27,647 nt of DNA from Desulfosoma sp. (GTDB taxonomy: Bacteria; Desulfobacterota; Syntrophobacteria; Syntrophobacterales; DSM-9756): contig JBBFKW010000023.1 of assembly GCA_037481835.1 (NCBI GenBank), positions 1-27,647 of the forward strand, given 5' to 3'. Position numbers and translations under genes: made by a program. Positions 27,171 through 27,647 of the stretch are shown here, one piece after another. The notes beneath the pieces are model-generated. The model did no database searches, was not told the origin of the DNA, and saw only the letters and a list, made by a program, of their open reading frames with translations. Every line of letters starts with the position of its first letter. Position 1 is the stretch's first letter.

Positions 27171-27470
27171 GTCACCAGGTTGAGCTCTGGGGTGGACGAT
27201 TTGGGTTTATCGCTTTAGGAGCTCAAGAGGGGCAGGGACCTTTTATCAGACCGGGGGCTCCCCGAAAAGGATGCGCCAGGAGGCAGAGGCCGGAGAAACT
27301 TCGGTTGCCCTACGGGCTCCCTTCGTTTCTCCGGCAGTTCACACACGGGTGGAAGAAGGATGACGCGCCCCTTCTCATCCTCAATGACGCATGGCTCAGG
27401 GTGGTCAAAATTCGGTTGTCACAGATGGTCAATTTTCGGTTGTCACTCCGACCCATGCTGTGTGCAAAGT

Positions 27471-27551
27471 TGGTTGTGATTAAAATTGACCAGGCAAAGG
27501 GGCGAGTCATAAGCGAAAATTGACCATCCTGGGCGGTAGTCCTCCTGTTAA
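27471..27551 (+). mobile_element. Left end of a second, diverged IS21 copy, cut off at TTAA
   Basis: Near-identical direct copy of 24692-24776 (TGGTTGTGAT...AAAATTGACCAGG...CCTCCTGTTAA) with a 4-bp deletion and a few substitutions. Confidence 0.88.
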
Positions 27552-27647
27552 CCCAAGCTTGTCACATCTATGTTGGAAAAGAGGGGATTGCAGCGATTTT
27601 GCCCATCTAAGTCCTTGAAAAGAGGTTTCCGAACCGCCGAAAAAGCG
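27552..27647. mobile_element. Start of an insertion sequence extending right of the window (probably IS1634-like)
   Basis: CCCAAGCTTGTCAC matches the inverted repeat at 38-51 and begins exactly where IS21 homology stops. IHF-like site (one mismatch, - strand) at 27608-27620. Confidence 0.55.

Larger units (their letters stand above)
24692..27451 (+). mobile_element. IS21-family insertion sequence (decayed), 2760 bp
   Basis: istA-istB pair; left-end repeats GTGATAACC(C/G)AAAATTGACCA at 24697 and 24731; inverted copies at 27402-27422 and 27426-27446; 6-bp target duplication CCCATG at 24686-24691 and 27452-27457. Confidence 0.92.

Noticed and set aside
27167..27523. 118-aa ORF after istB
   Set aside because: Runs across the IS right end, target duplication and second left end, so it is unlikely to be a real gene.

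Overview
A Wzx/Wzy-type exopolysaccharide locus coupled to an exosortase (PEP/VPLPA-CTERM) protein-sorting system. The gene set and GC-rich codon style suggest a Desulfobacterota/deltaproteobacterial host (inference only). The + strand operon runs: Wzy/O-antigen-ligase-like protein, Wzx, GT4, a nucleotidyltransferase/P-loop-kinase fusion, an APH-like phosphotransferase, two GT4s, a WecB/TagA glycosyltransferase, a GxxExxY gene, exosortase D with EpsI domain, a WecA-like initiating transferase, a short Wza, an outer-membrane beta-barrel, a polysaccharide co-polymerase, a BY-kinase, an ExeA-like ATPase, a TPR lipoprotein and a CAP-domain protein. Two exosortase substrates follow on the - strand, then a decayed IS21 element (24692-27451, 6-bp target duplication CCCATG) inserted in a long hairpin, and the left end of a second IS21 copy. 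Matching 14-bp inverted ends of another, probably IS1634-like, IS sit at both window edges. Main leads: (1) a GxxExxY nuclease-like gene bracketed by two direct-repeat hairpins built from 9-nt-period CAGAG/CTCTG units, which looks like an undescribed cassette or mobile unit; (2) an exosortase substrate with all three thioester-domain motifs, i.e. a possible covalent adhesin in a diderm; (3) an uncharacterised NTase + kinase + phosphotransferase module among the glycosyltransferases, a candidate polysaccharide phospho-modification pathway.
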